A stretch of DNA of 8,277 bases from a virus (Duplodnaviria > Heunggongvirae > Uroviricota > Caudoviricetes). The position numbers and the translations under genes were made by a program. Within the stretch, counting starts at the first letter, position 1. Every line of letters begins with the position of its first letter. The stretch is taken from IMG/VR virus record IMGVR_UViG_2740892421_000006, one strand, 5' to 3'. The notes beneath the pieces were generated by a model that was not told the origin of the DNA, searched no databases, and saw only the letters and a list, made by a program, of their open reading frames with translations. Positions 1 to 6,251 of the stretch are shown one piece after another.

Positions 1-1170
1 GCAGCTGCACGTATCGGTCGAATGACATTATTTTTAACAACCCGCTCTGTTCTGATGTTTCAAATGGCCGAAAACTTCCAGAGATCCATCGACTACCGCG
101 CCGAAAATGGCGAACCGTGGTTAAAAGACCAAAAGGTTGGAGTCATTGGCTCTGGTGAGTTCCAGGTATCACGACATATCAACGTCGCTACAGTTCAAAC
201 TCTGGCAAGTTTCCTTGAAGAACCACCACGCGATGCAACTCCAGATAAGAAGAACTACCACCTCAAACGTCGGGACTTGGTGAAACGCTTCCTTTCAAGT
301 GTGTCTCTGCTTATTCTGGAAGAGGCGCATGAGTCTTCAGGTTCTAATTTCTATGACATTGCCAGATTATGTGTGAACGCAGACTATCGTCTGGCGCTTA
401 CGGCCACGCCGTTCATGAAGGATTCTACAGAAGCCAACATGCGTCTGATGGCTGTGGCCGGGCGAATTGAAATTAAAGTCACAGAAAAGTACCTGATTGA
501 TCGAGGCATTCTGGCAAAACCATACTTCCTTTATCATAAAGTTGCCTACAAGCCGGACGAGGCCAGAATCAAGGCAGAACTTGCCAACAAACACCTCAAT
601 TTTAGAGTAGGTATGAGCACTGCCTACCAAAAGGCTTATCAGTTGGGGATCGTGTATAATTTGGGACGTAATGAGGCCATTGTTCGCGAAGCATTGCTCT
701 ATAAGCAACATTCTCTCAATTGTATGACTCTGGTTCGTCTTAAACGCCACGGGCAAATCCTGATGGAAATGATGAAAGAGTCCGGCCTTAGAGTTGACTT
801 CATTTATGGGGAATCGAACCAGTCGACAAGGCAAGCAAAGCTGAACAGTTTAGCGTCTGGTGAAATAGATGTTTTAATAGGCTCGACTATTCTGGATGTT
901 GGTGTTGATGTGCCAAGCGTTGGTGCGGTCATTCTTGCTGGTGGTGGGAAAGCAGAAGTTGAAATGAGACAGCGTGTCGGTCGTGGCTTACGAGCCAAGA
1001 AGAATCAGGCAAACGTGTGTTTTATCACTGATTTCATTGACACTAGCAACAAATACCTGTTGTCTCACTCTTATGAGCGAAAACACATCATCGACACCAC
1101 ACCTGGCTTTGCGGAAGGTGTATTGCCTATTGATGGCGCATTCGATTTTGGAATTCTGAAACGAGATTAG
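1..1170 (+). CDS. SF2 helicase (DExH-type), C-terminal ~390 codons; 5' end upstream of window
   Basis: Frame is open from nt 1 (ORF track M at 22). Motif II variant LILEEAHE at 310-333, motif III LTATP near 400, motif IV-V region (STILDVGVDVP) and motif VI QRVGRGLR at 970-993. No Walker A in window, so the N-terminal domain must lie upstream. Stop TAG 1168-1170. Confidence 0.75.
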   Translation, partial: AAARIGRMTLFLTTRSVLMFQMAENFQRSIDYRAENGEPWLKDQKVGVIGSGEFQVSRHINVATVQTLASFLEEPPRDATPDKKNYHLKRRDLVKRFLSSVSLLILEEAHESSGSNFYDIARLCVNADYRLALTATPFMKDSTEANMRLMAVAGRIEIKVTEKYLIDRGILAKPYFLYHKVAYKPDEARIKAELANKHLNFRVGMSTAYQKAYQLGIVYNLGRNEAIVREALLYKQHSLNCMTLVRLKRHGQILMEMMKESGLRVDFIYGESNQSTRQAKLNSLASGEIDVLIGSTILDVGVDVPSVGAVILAGGGKAEVEMRQRVGRGLRAKKNQANVCFITDFIDTSNKYLLSHSYERKHIIDTTPGFAEGVLPIDGAFDFGILKRD

Positions 1171-1172
1171 TT

Positions 1173-1451
1173 ATGAGCGAAAAAAAAACAACTTATTGCC
1201 AAGTGGCATTGTCTGATAAGGCCAATGAAAAACTTGGAAAATTTCAAATAAAACTCAAAGAGAAAAAAATTAAGATGTCTAAGGCTGAAGTTATCAATGC
1301 CATTCTGGAGACGATGACTATGGCTGAATTTGACAAAGTCACATCTGCCGTTGGGGTTTCCGCTAAGACGCGTGAGAAAATCATGCGCATCTATGAAAAC
1401 TCCAATATGACAAAAAAAGATTTAGAGGAAATACTGAGCAGGTTGCCGTAA
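1173..1451 (+). CDS. hypothetical small protein (92 aa), translationally coupled to helicase
   Basis: ATG 2 nt after the helicase stop; lysine-rich helical-looking protein; contains a 9-A homopolymer at 1180-1188 in codons 3-5. Function unknown. Confidence 0.55.
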   Translation: MSEKKTTYCQVALSDKANEKLGKFQIKLKEKKIKMSKAEVINAILETMTMAEFDKVTSAVGVSAKTREKIMRIYENSNMTKKDLEEILSRLP

Positions 1452-1483
1452 CATTTTATATTTACCCCCTATCTACTAATTCT

Positions 1484-1518
1484 ATGATGTGCTCACTTGT
1501 TAGAAAGGAGCACATCAT
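1484..1518 (+). promoter_or_regulatory. RBS/start-codon sequestering stem-loop
   Basis: Perfect 11-bp inverted repeat atgatgtgctc (1484-1494) / gagcacatcat (1508-1518) with a 13-nt loop; the 3' arm contains the SD (aaggag 1505-1510) and the AT of the ATG at 1517. Confidence 0.5.
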
Positions 1519-2083
1519 GAGTTGGTTAAAAGAATTATCATTTGTTGACACCACTGGCGCTAAGAAAAATCATTCTTTCTGGAAAGTCAGCGATCCTTCT
1601 GATTTTCTTGTTGGCGCTAATGCTGCTTTTGAATTGCTTAACTTTTATCAACGTTATCCTGAAATGAAACACAGTCCACTCCTGTACAGAATAACAAACG
1701 ATATGAATAGGTCTGGTTTATTATCAAGTGAGTCAGCGAAAGGCTTTTTTAGCAAAATTACGCCACATATATCATTCGATGCTGCAAACGAAATTGATTA
1801 TCTATCCACGAAACCTCAAGAACAATTATCTGTACCACCTGAGAAAAAAGAAAGACGAATTGCCAGCATTGAAAATATATCGAAAGAGCTTCGCACAACA
1901 ACGTTGAGGCTGCTGAACTTTCTTACGCTACTAAATTGGATAGATGATCAAACATTGATTCCATCAACCGATGCGTTGGATAACAGAGTCCTTAGGCTGA
2001 ACAAAAAATCGCAATTTGGTTTTGTGTTCACCAAAAAAGGTGAAGATTTAATCAAAAGAAAATATAGATTATTGAATGATTAA
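1517..2083 (+). CDS. hypothetical protein (188 aa from ATG 1517; ORF track start 1484)
   Basis: Strong SD aaggag 6 nt upstream of ATG 1517; the ORF-track start at 1484 lies inside the hairpin arm and lacks an SD. Stop TAA 2081-2083. No recognisable motifs. Confidence 0.6.
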   Translation: MSWLKELSFVDTTGAKKNHSFWKVSDPSDFLVGANAAFELLNFYQRYPEMKHSPLLYRITNDMNRSGLLSSESAKGFFSKITPHISFDAANEIDYLSTKPQEQLSVPPEKKERRIASIENISKELRTTTLRLLNFLTLLNWIDDQTLIPSTDALDNRVLRLNKKSQFGFVFTKKGEDLIKRKYRLLND

Positions 2084-2090
2084 TAGTCTA

Positions 2091-2138
2091 CATGCAGGTG
2101 TATGAGAGCACCTGCATGTGACATTCGTCACGTTTTTT
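2091..2138 (+). terminator. Rho-independent terminator
   Basis: Perfect 10-bp stem catgcaggtg (2091-2100) / cacctgcatg (2109-2118), 8-nt loop, then small hairpin tgac-attc-gtca and T-run cgttttttg to 2138; sits 8 nt after the stop of the 188-aa gene. Confidence 0.7.
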
Positions 2139-2223
2139 GAAACATATACCTCCGGCTGAAAAAAGATCTTGATTGGCTGAACGATATTTGTAGGCTTACC
2201 TATGTTTAGAACCGGAGGCATGA

Positions 2224-2772
2224 ATGGGTCACTTACCTTTTGATAAGAGATTTTTAAGTGCAAAGGAAATAAAGGACTGTGTGGATTTTTATCATAAAAA
2301 AAATAAACAGAAATCTTGCTTAGAAAACCCTAGACACCTAACTTCTTCTCAAAAAGAAGAGCACAAACTAATACAATACAGGTTAAAGACTTCACGTAAA
2401 GATCGTTATGAACACTATATATACGTGAAAGATATTGAAGGCACCAGGACAAATTGCGGAGTAGTCTTTTATCCTTTTGATATAACAAAAATGTTCGCTA
2501 TTATGGACTCCTGTGATGGCGTGGCCCCTGGAAAATTGGAGTTGCATTCAAATTTATACACTTATCCCAGTGCTCGGAAATGGATAAGAGATAGCACGTC
2601 ACCCTATGGTTTTTCTTTTCTTTTCAAAAATCATCTGGCATTAAAAAATTTTATCGAAAAATACAACAACTGCATATCATCAGGTGAATTAAGTTTCGAC
2701 AAAGTCTGTAAAAACATAAAAAGAGATGACCTCTTAAAAGATATTTACAACAGAACTCAGAAGAGCATGTAG
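2224..2772 (+). CDS. hypothetical protein (182 aa)
   Basis: SD ggagg about 6 nt upstream of ATG 2224; AT-rich; stop TAG 2770-2772. No recognisable motifs. Confidence 0.6.
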   Translation: MGHLPFDKRFLSAKEIKDCVDFYHKKNKQKSCLENPRHLTSSQKEEHKLIQYRLKTSRKDRYEHYIYVKDIEGTRTNCGVVFYPFDITKMFAIMDSCDGVAPGKLELHSNLYTYPSARKWIRDSTSPYGFSFLFKNHLALKNFIEKYNNCISSGELSFDKVCKNIKRDDLLKDIYNRTQKSM

Positions 2773-2799
2773 CCACTCACTAATCATAGTCAATCAAAT

Positions 2800-3219
2800 A
2801 TGAAAGCAAAAAACTTAATGATTCTAATGCTAACCACGTCACTAATTGGGTGTTCGTCTTCGTCTATATCTATTTCAAAGGCAAAGGATGCACCTCAAAG
2901 CAGAATATTTAAATATCAAACACTACATGAGTCTAGTCTAACAATAGTTCGAGACAAAGGGCTGGTTGGTTCTGCATGTAACGCTTCCATTTTCATCAAT
3001 GGAGAAACGGCTGCAAAGCTAGAACCTGGTGAAAAAGCAACTTTCTACCTTAACGAAGGAGAGTGGATCGTTGGGACATCAATTGAAAGTTCAGGTCTTT
3101 GCGCATTTAACCCCTCCAGGATGGAACGAGAAATAAAGCTAAAGCAGGGCGACTCGAAAACATATCGGGTTTTCACTACCTGGGATGGTACAATGGACAT
3201 ATTGCCAACCACTTTATAA
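2800..3219 (+). CDS. putative lipoprotein (139 aa), predicted outer-membrane sorted
   Basis: N-terminus MKAKNLMILMLTTSLIGCSSSS: hydrophobic h-region plus lipobox L-I-G-C; residue +2 after Cys is Ser (no Lol avoidance Asp). Stop TAA 3217-3219. Confidence 0.65.
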   Translation: MKAKNLMILMLTTSLIGCSSSSISISKAKDAPQSRIFKYQTLHESSLTIVRDKGLVGSACNASIFINGETAAKLEPGEKATFYLNEGEWIVGTSIESSGLCAFNPSRMEREIKLKQGDSKTYRVFTTWDGTMDILPTTL

Positions 3220-3748
3220 TGATATGACGACGAAAGATATCACCTACGGCATACCGGCTGAAGTATGGCCGCGAGACTACGAACATGCTGAACGCACCTT
3301 GCTCTTCTGGCGGAGAGCTAAATTTCCTGTAAGAGTCACTCTCGAAGACGGCCAAGTGTTTTGCATGTACGTTTATGGTCTCATGTCATCTCGTAACAAA
3401 GTTGACCTTTGTCCAACTCCATTTGACAAAGAAAATCGTATAAGGCTCCCACTTGAGCGCATTAGCACAATTGAATCAGGCGTAATTGATGGCATTGATT
3501 ACGATTTCAAAGGGAGACTAACAATACACCCTGACTATGTAGACAACCAGCCATCACGTCGTGACTTTTTTAAGATATGTCGCAAGGCTTATCAAAACGG
3601 CCAATCTATAAGGGTCTACATGGCAGACGGCCGCGAAATTGAGGGAACGTCAGATGGCGTTGATGCCTGCCTAGTCACACTTAAGTTGAACGACGGCAGA
3701 AAAATTCTTGTTTTCTTCGATTGGGTTGAACGAATTTTACCTTTTTGA
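3185..3748 (+). CDS. hypothetical protein with internal tandem repeat, possibly Rof/YaeO-like; start uncertain (3185 or 3224)
   Basis: Long ORF; the alternative ATG at 3224 lies 5 nt after the lipoprotein stop. Two similar segments (VRVTLEDGQ...NRIRLPLERISTIE and VTLKLNDGRKILVFFDWVERI). By memory the first resembles E. coli Rof (LTLELKDGE...SRKNVEY...RELRLDKITS); not verified. Confidence 0.55.
   Translation: MVQWTYCQPLYNDMTTKDITYGIPAEVWPRDYEHAERTLLFWRRAKFPVRVTLEDGQVFCMYVYGLMSSRNKVDLCPTPFDKENRIRLPLERISTIESGVIDGIDYDFKGRLTIHPDYVDNQPSRRDFFKICRKAYQNGQSIRVYMADGREIEGTSDGVDACLVTLKLNDGRKILVFFDWVERILPF
3692..3748. repeat. direct repeat copy 1 (3' end of the 187-aa gene)
   Basis: gacggcagaaaaattcttgttttcttcgatt... 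is ~93% identical to 4058-4114; this copy encodes the C-terminal DGRKILVFFDWVERILPF. Confidence 0.85.
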
Positions 3749-3751
3749 GTT

Positions 3752-4048
3752 ATGAAATCGATACTATTGACATCATTATTTTTAGTTTACTCAATTTCAG
3801 CCAATGCAAAGGATGATATTGCAATTATTAAGTCGCTGATGCATGACGTATGCTCAACGTCTCAGAATATTCCAGTTTGTATGTTTCAACTTTCAGCAGC
3901 AGTAAAACTAGGGATAAACATAGGTAAGACCGCTCAACTATGTGAACAGGTGGAAAATTATGAACCATGTGAATTGAACAACTCTTCATTGCTGTTCGTT
4001 GATGCGCTTTTTGACACCAATCGTAAGGCTGTAGAGTCAGTCCGATAA
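3752..4048 (+). CDS. small secreted 4-Cys protein (98 aa), paralog A
   Basis: Signal peptide MKSILLTSLFLVYSISANA with AxA-type cleavage site; mature part has Cys at 34, 43, 64, 73 (C-x8-C-x20-C-x8-C). Stop TAA 4046-4048. Confidence 0.6.
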   Translation: MKSILLTSLFLVYSISANAKDDIAIIKSLMHDVCSTSQNIPVCMFQLSAAVKLGINIGKTAQLCEQVENYEPCELNNSSLLFVDALFDTNRKAVESVR

Positions 4049-4057
4049 ATGTATGAA

Positions 4058-4114
4058 GACGGCAGAAAAATTCTTGTTTTCTTCGATTTGGTTGACCGAA
4101 TTTTACCGTTTTAG
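4058..4114. repeat. direct repeat copy 2 with 21-codon gene remnant
   Basis: Near-identical to 3692-3748; retains a remnant reading frame ATG 4049 ... TAG 4112-4114 encoding MYEDGRKILVFFDLVDRILPF, i.e. a duplicated 3' end of the 187-aa gene. Confidence 0.85.
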
Positions 4115-4123
4115 GATATTGAT

Positions 4124-4423
4124 ATGAAAACTGTAGCAGCATTCACATTCTTAACTTTCATTTTTAGCTCTTCCGCATTTCCTCAAGAAAATAGCATTGA
4201 ACGAGTGCAACGTGTCTCTACAGAGTTGTGTTCAAAGGCGGAAGACTACGATTTGTGCATGTTAGACCTAAGCATGGCTTTAGGCGCTGCATATCAAGAT
4301 GGACTGATCGTTGCGGGATGCAAGTTGGGACTTGATGAGCCTTCGAAAGACAAATGCGAAAACTCGGAGCGTTTTCAGGAATATATAATAAAAGAAATCA
4401 GGAACTATGCAAAAAAGATGTAA
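4124..4423 (+). CDS. small secreted 4-Cys protein (99 aa), paralog B
   Basis: SD agga 7 nt upstream; signal peptide MKTVAAFTFLTFIFSSSAF; Cys at 36, 45, 66, 78 (C-x8-C-x20-C-x11-C), the same spacing class as paralog A, including the shared C-x8-C-M-x2-L-S motif. Confidence 0.6.
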   Translation: MKTVAAFTFLTFIFSSSAFPQENSIERVQRVSTELCSKAEDYDLCMLDLSMALGAAYQDGLIVAGCKLGLDEPSKDKCENSERFQEYIIKEIRNYAKKM

Positions 4424-4438
4424 ATTCCTATAAGGGTA

Positions 4439-4468
4439 ATAACCGGCTAAGTCCGGTTATTATTTTAC
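4439..4468 (+). terminator. Rho-independent terminator
   Basis: 8-bp stem ataaccgg (4439-4446) / ccggttat (4453-4460), loop ctaagt, then tattttac; 16 nt after the stop of paralog B. Confidence 0.65.
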
Positions 4469-4599
4469 ATGCCATTCGTTTAACACTCATTCAATTCTCC
4501 CCCGTATAAATATATATAAGGTCAAAAGCCGGAATTTATTATTTATTTAGGGAACACCTTCGACGATCTAACTTTTATTTCTAGGACTTTCATCCCTGC

Positions 4600-4647
4600 A
4601 AAAAAACTTAAAAAAACACTTGCAATCTTTTTTCGCGTATCGATAAT
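4600..4647 (+). promoter_or_regulatory. sigma70-like promoter with A-tract UP element
   Basis: A-rich tract aaaaaaacttaaaaaaacac (4600-4619), -35 ttgcaa (4620-4625), 16-bp spacer, -10 gataat (4642-4647); about 60 nt upstream of ATG 4707. Confidence 0.45.
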
Positions 4648-4706
4648 TGGACTCATCGAAAGCGAAATCGCTAACGACAATTAAATTTATACTAAGGATT
4701 GAAATC

Positions 4707-5357
4707 ATGGCTAACATTATCATTTCTAAAAAATCCATCATTGAAGCTGCTGCCATTGTATCCGACGAGCTGCGCGAAAAAGCAGATCTGGCAACTCAAA
4801 CATATAACGAACATTATAAAAATGGTACGCACACAAAAGCAGACAGAGCTAACATGCTTGCAGCGTCTACCAAACTAGCATACTTCACCAACAACGTTTT
4901 AAACGCTGTTAATGATGAGAAATTAGCTGGTGTCTTTTACTACGCGATCAAAGCAAGTAAACAAGCGCCAGAAGTATTTTTCCGTGATGCAATGACTAAT
5001 AGTTATTCACTGGAAAAACTGGTCTATCTGGTTAAATCAATTAAAGCTGGTAAATGCGTTTATTCCATCGCTGATATGTCAGGATCTCGTGTATTTGCTT
5101 TAATCGATATGATTAACGACGAGATCGACACGTTCACCAATGGCGCTGTTTTCGATTTAATGAATGAAGCTAAAAAAGCGTGCGAAATTAAATTGGACGC
5201 TGGCTATACTCAAGCCAACCAGTTGATCAATCTTTGCGAACGTCTTGGACTTGTTGAGAAAGTCAAAGGAATGGGAAGCGCAAAAGCTGGTACGCAGCAA
5301 TATCGCTTTATTAAAAATGATTTCTATAACTATCTGGCTGATGCTTTCAAAGCGTAA
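4707..5357 (+). CDS. hypothetical protein (216 aa)
   Basis: SD aagga (4694-4698) 8 nt before ATG 4707 (MANIIISKK...); the ORF-track start at 4647 lies inside the predicted promoter and has no SD. Stop TAA 5355-5357. No signal peptide and no recognisable motifs. Confidence 0.7.
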   Translation: MANIIISKKSIIEAAAIVSDELREKADLATQTYNEHYKNGTHTKADRANMLAASTKLAYFTNNVLNAVNDEKLAGVFYYAIKASKQAPEVFFRDAMTNSYSLEKLVYLVKSIKAGKCVYSIADMSGSRVFALIDMINDEIDTFTNGAVFDLMNEAKKACEIKLDAGYTQANQLINLCERLGLVEKVKGMGSAKAGTQQYRFIKNDFYNYLADAFKA

Positions 5358-5370
5358 TTAATGGAATCTT

Positions 5371-5391
5371 GCGCCCACTATGGGCGCTTTT
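5371..5391 (+). terminator. intercistronic hairpin (partial terminator/attenuator)
   Basis: gcgccca-cta-tgggcgc followed by only tttt, then immediately the SD aaggag (5392-5397) of the next gene; the same stem sequence as the terminator at 5641-5665. Confidence 0.5.
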
Positions 5392-5404
5392 AAGGAGCTT
5401 AATC

Positions 5405-5635
5405 ATGTTTATTCTTATCGCTGGCGTTAACGTGCGCAATGAATATTTTGTTAATCGCATCGCTGGGATCGCTGGTTACGCTGGGCGCGCAGTCGAGTTT
5501 ATCGATGAAACGACGCGCAAAATTGACTTATTGAGCGACCAGGAGCGAAAAAAAGCAGACGTGAATGACGCTGATATATTTTTAATGTTGAAAGCGTTTG
5601 TAGAAATGGGATTCAAAATTAGTTTACACAAATAA
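5405..5635 (+). CDS. hypothetical small protein (76 aa)
   Basis: SD aaggag 7 nt upstream of ATG 5405 (MFILIAGVNVR...); the ORF-track start at 5369 falls within the upstream hairpin. Stop TAA 5633-5635. Confidence 0.55.
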   Translation: MFILIAGVNVRNEYFVNRIAGIAGYAGRAVEFIDETTRKIDLLSDQERKKADVNDADIFLMLKAFVEMGFKISLHK

Positions 5636-5640
5636 AATCG

Positions 5641-5665
5641 AGCGCCCACTATGGGCGCTTTTTTC
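5641..5665 (+). terminator. Rho-independent terminator
   Basis: Stem agcgccca (5641-5648) / tgggcgct (5652-5659), 3-nt loop, then a T6 run; 6 nt after the stop of the 76-aa gene. Confidence 0.75.
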
Positions 5666-5685
5666 GTTTCCAATACTCCCACCAT

Positions 5686-5712
5686 AACGCGCCATCATTG
5701 GCGCGTTTTTTA
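5686..5712 (+). terminator. second (tandem) Rho-independent terminator
   Basis: 8-bp GC-rich stem aacgcgcc (5686-5693) / ggcgcgtt (5700-5707), loop atcatt, then ttttttatt. Confidence 0.7.
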
Positions 5713-5980
5713 TTGTCTTTAACTCGCTCCAACAACATAAAAATAAGCACCAAAATAACGCCATAGACGCACTTTTATATCCTTACCAGTACATACCCAT
5801 TACTTAACACATTAACGCGCTTAAAACGCGTTATATTGCGCTATAGAGTATGGTTAATCATTGGCTTTTAGTCTTGCTATGTGATCCGCGTTTATTTGTC
5901 GGCGCGGATCGGTTCTTTGTGTTGTTTTGTATCCGCTCGCGTATTATGTGCGCGTGATTTTTCACATAATCACACCACTT

Positions 5981-5996
5981 AATCACATATGTGATT
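5981..5996. promoter_or_regulatory. perfect 16-bp palindrome AATCACATATGTGATT (candidate operator)
   Basis: Exact dyad symmetry; sits in a cluster of TCACA/TGTGA pentamers (5954-5996) within a noncoding region. Confidence 0.35.
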
Positions 5997-6125
5997 ACGC
6001 TACGAAAGAAATCTGGATGTCTCAGGCGACGAAAGTCATCATAATTTTCCCCGCTCACCTGTCCGACAACCGCTGGTTGGATTCCACCAGCTTCCCGATG
6101 TTTTTTCTACATAAAGGCGAATGCA

Positions 6126-6238
6126 GCCGTTTCCCGAAAAAATCCTGGCCGTTTCCCGTCGGCTCATGAATACGTTCCTCGCCGTTTCTGAAAATTTCCC
6201 TGAGGCAGCTGGTGTCTATAGAGAAAGGGCCGTTTCTG
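6126..6238. repeat. four direct repeats of GCCGTTTC(C/T)(C/T)G
   Basis: Copies at 6126-6136, 6148-6158, 6181-6190 and 6229-6238, with spacings of 22, 33 and 48 bp, in an otherwise noncoding stretch. Confidence 0.6.
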
Positions 6239-6249
6239 GCCCTCTTCTC
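6221..6249 (-). terminator. putative terminator hairpin of the minus-strand gene block
   Basis: Inverted repeat agggcc (6226-6231) / ggccct (6238-6243), extendable with gagaa/ttctc; lies 3 nt downstream (minus sense) of the 160-aa gene stop; the U-tract is only moderate. Confidence 0.4.
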
Positions 6250-6251
6250 AG

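Noticed and set aside
808-826. tRNA T-loop-like motif (minus-strand ggttcgattcc)
   Set aside because: The flanking bases cannot form a T-stem or the rest of a cloverleaf, and the motif lies inside the helicase coding frame; a chance match.
937-944. Chi octamer GCTGGTGG (also present at 7990-7997 inside the right cassette repeat)
   Set aside because: Two octamers in 8.3 kb is within chance expectation for an enterobacterial-like sequence; recorded as a feature of the repeat but not claimed as a functional recombination hotspot.
367-1159. ORFs 367..834 (-), 804..998 (-) and 974..1159 (+) inside the helicase gene
   Set aside because: They lie entirely within the helicase coding region in alternative frames or on the opposite strand, have no SD or motifs, and the helicase frame carries clear conserved motifs. 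Treated as shadow ORFs.
1-1170. Naming the helicase as T4 UvsW
   Set aside because: Motif II here is EEAH and motif VI is QRVGRGLR, which differ from the UvsW motifs as I recall them; only the generic SF2 family assignment is supportable without a search.
4505-4512. TATAAATA, which matches the T4 late-promoter consensus
   Set aside because: It is a single occurrence in AT-rich intergenic DNA, and the neighbouring helicase does not match T4 UvsW motifs as I recall them, so a T4-type late promoter cannot be supported.
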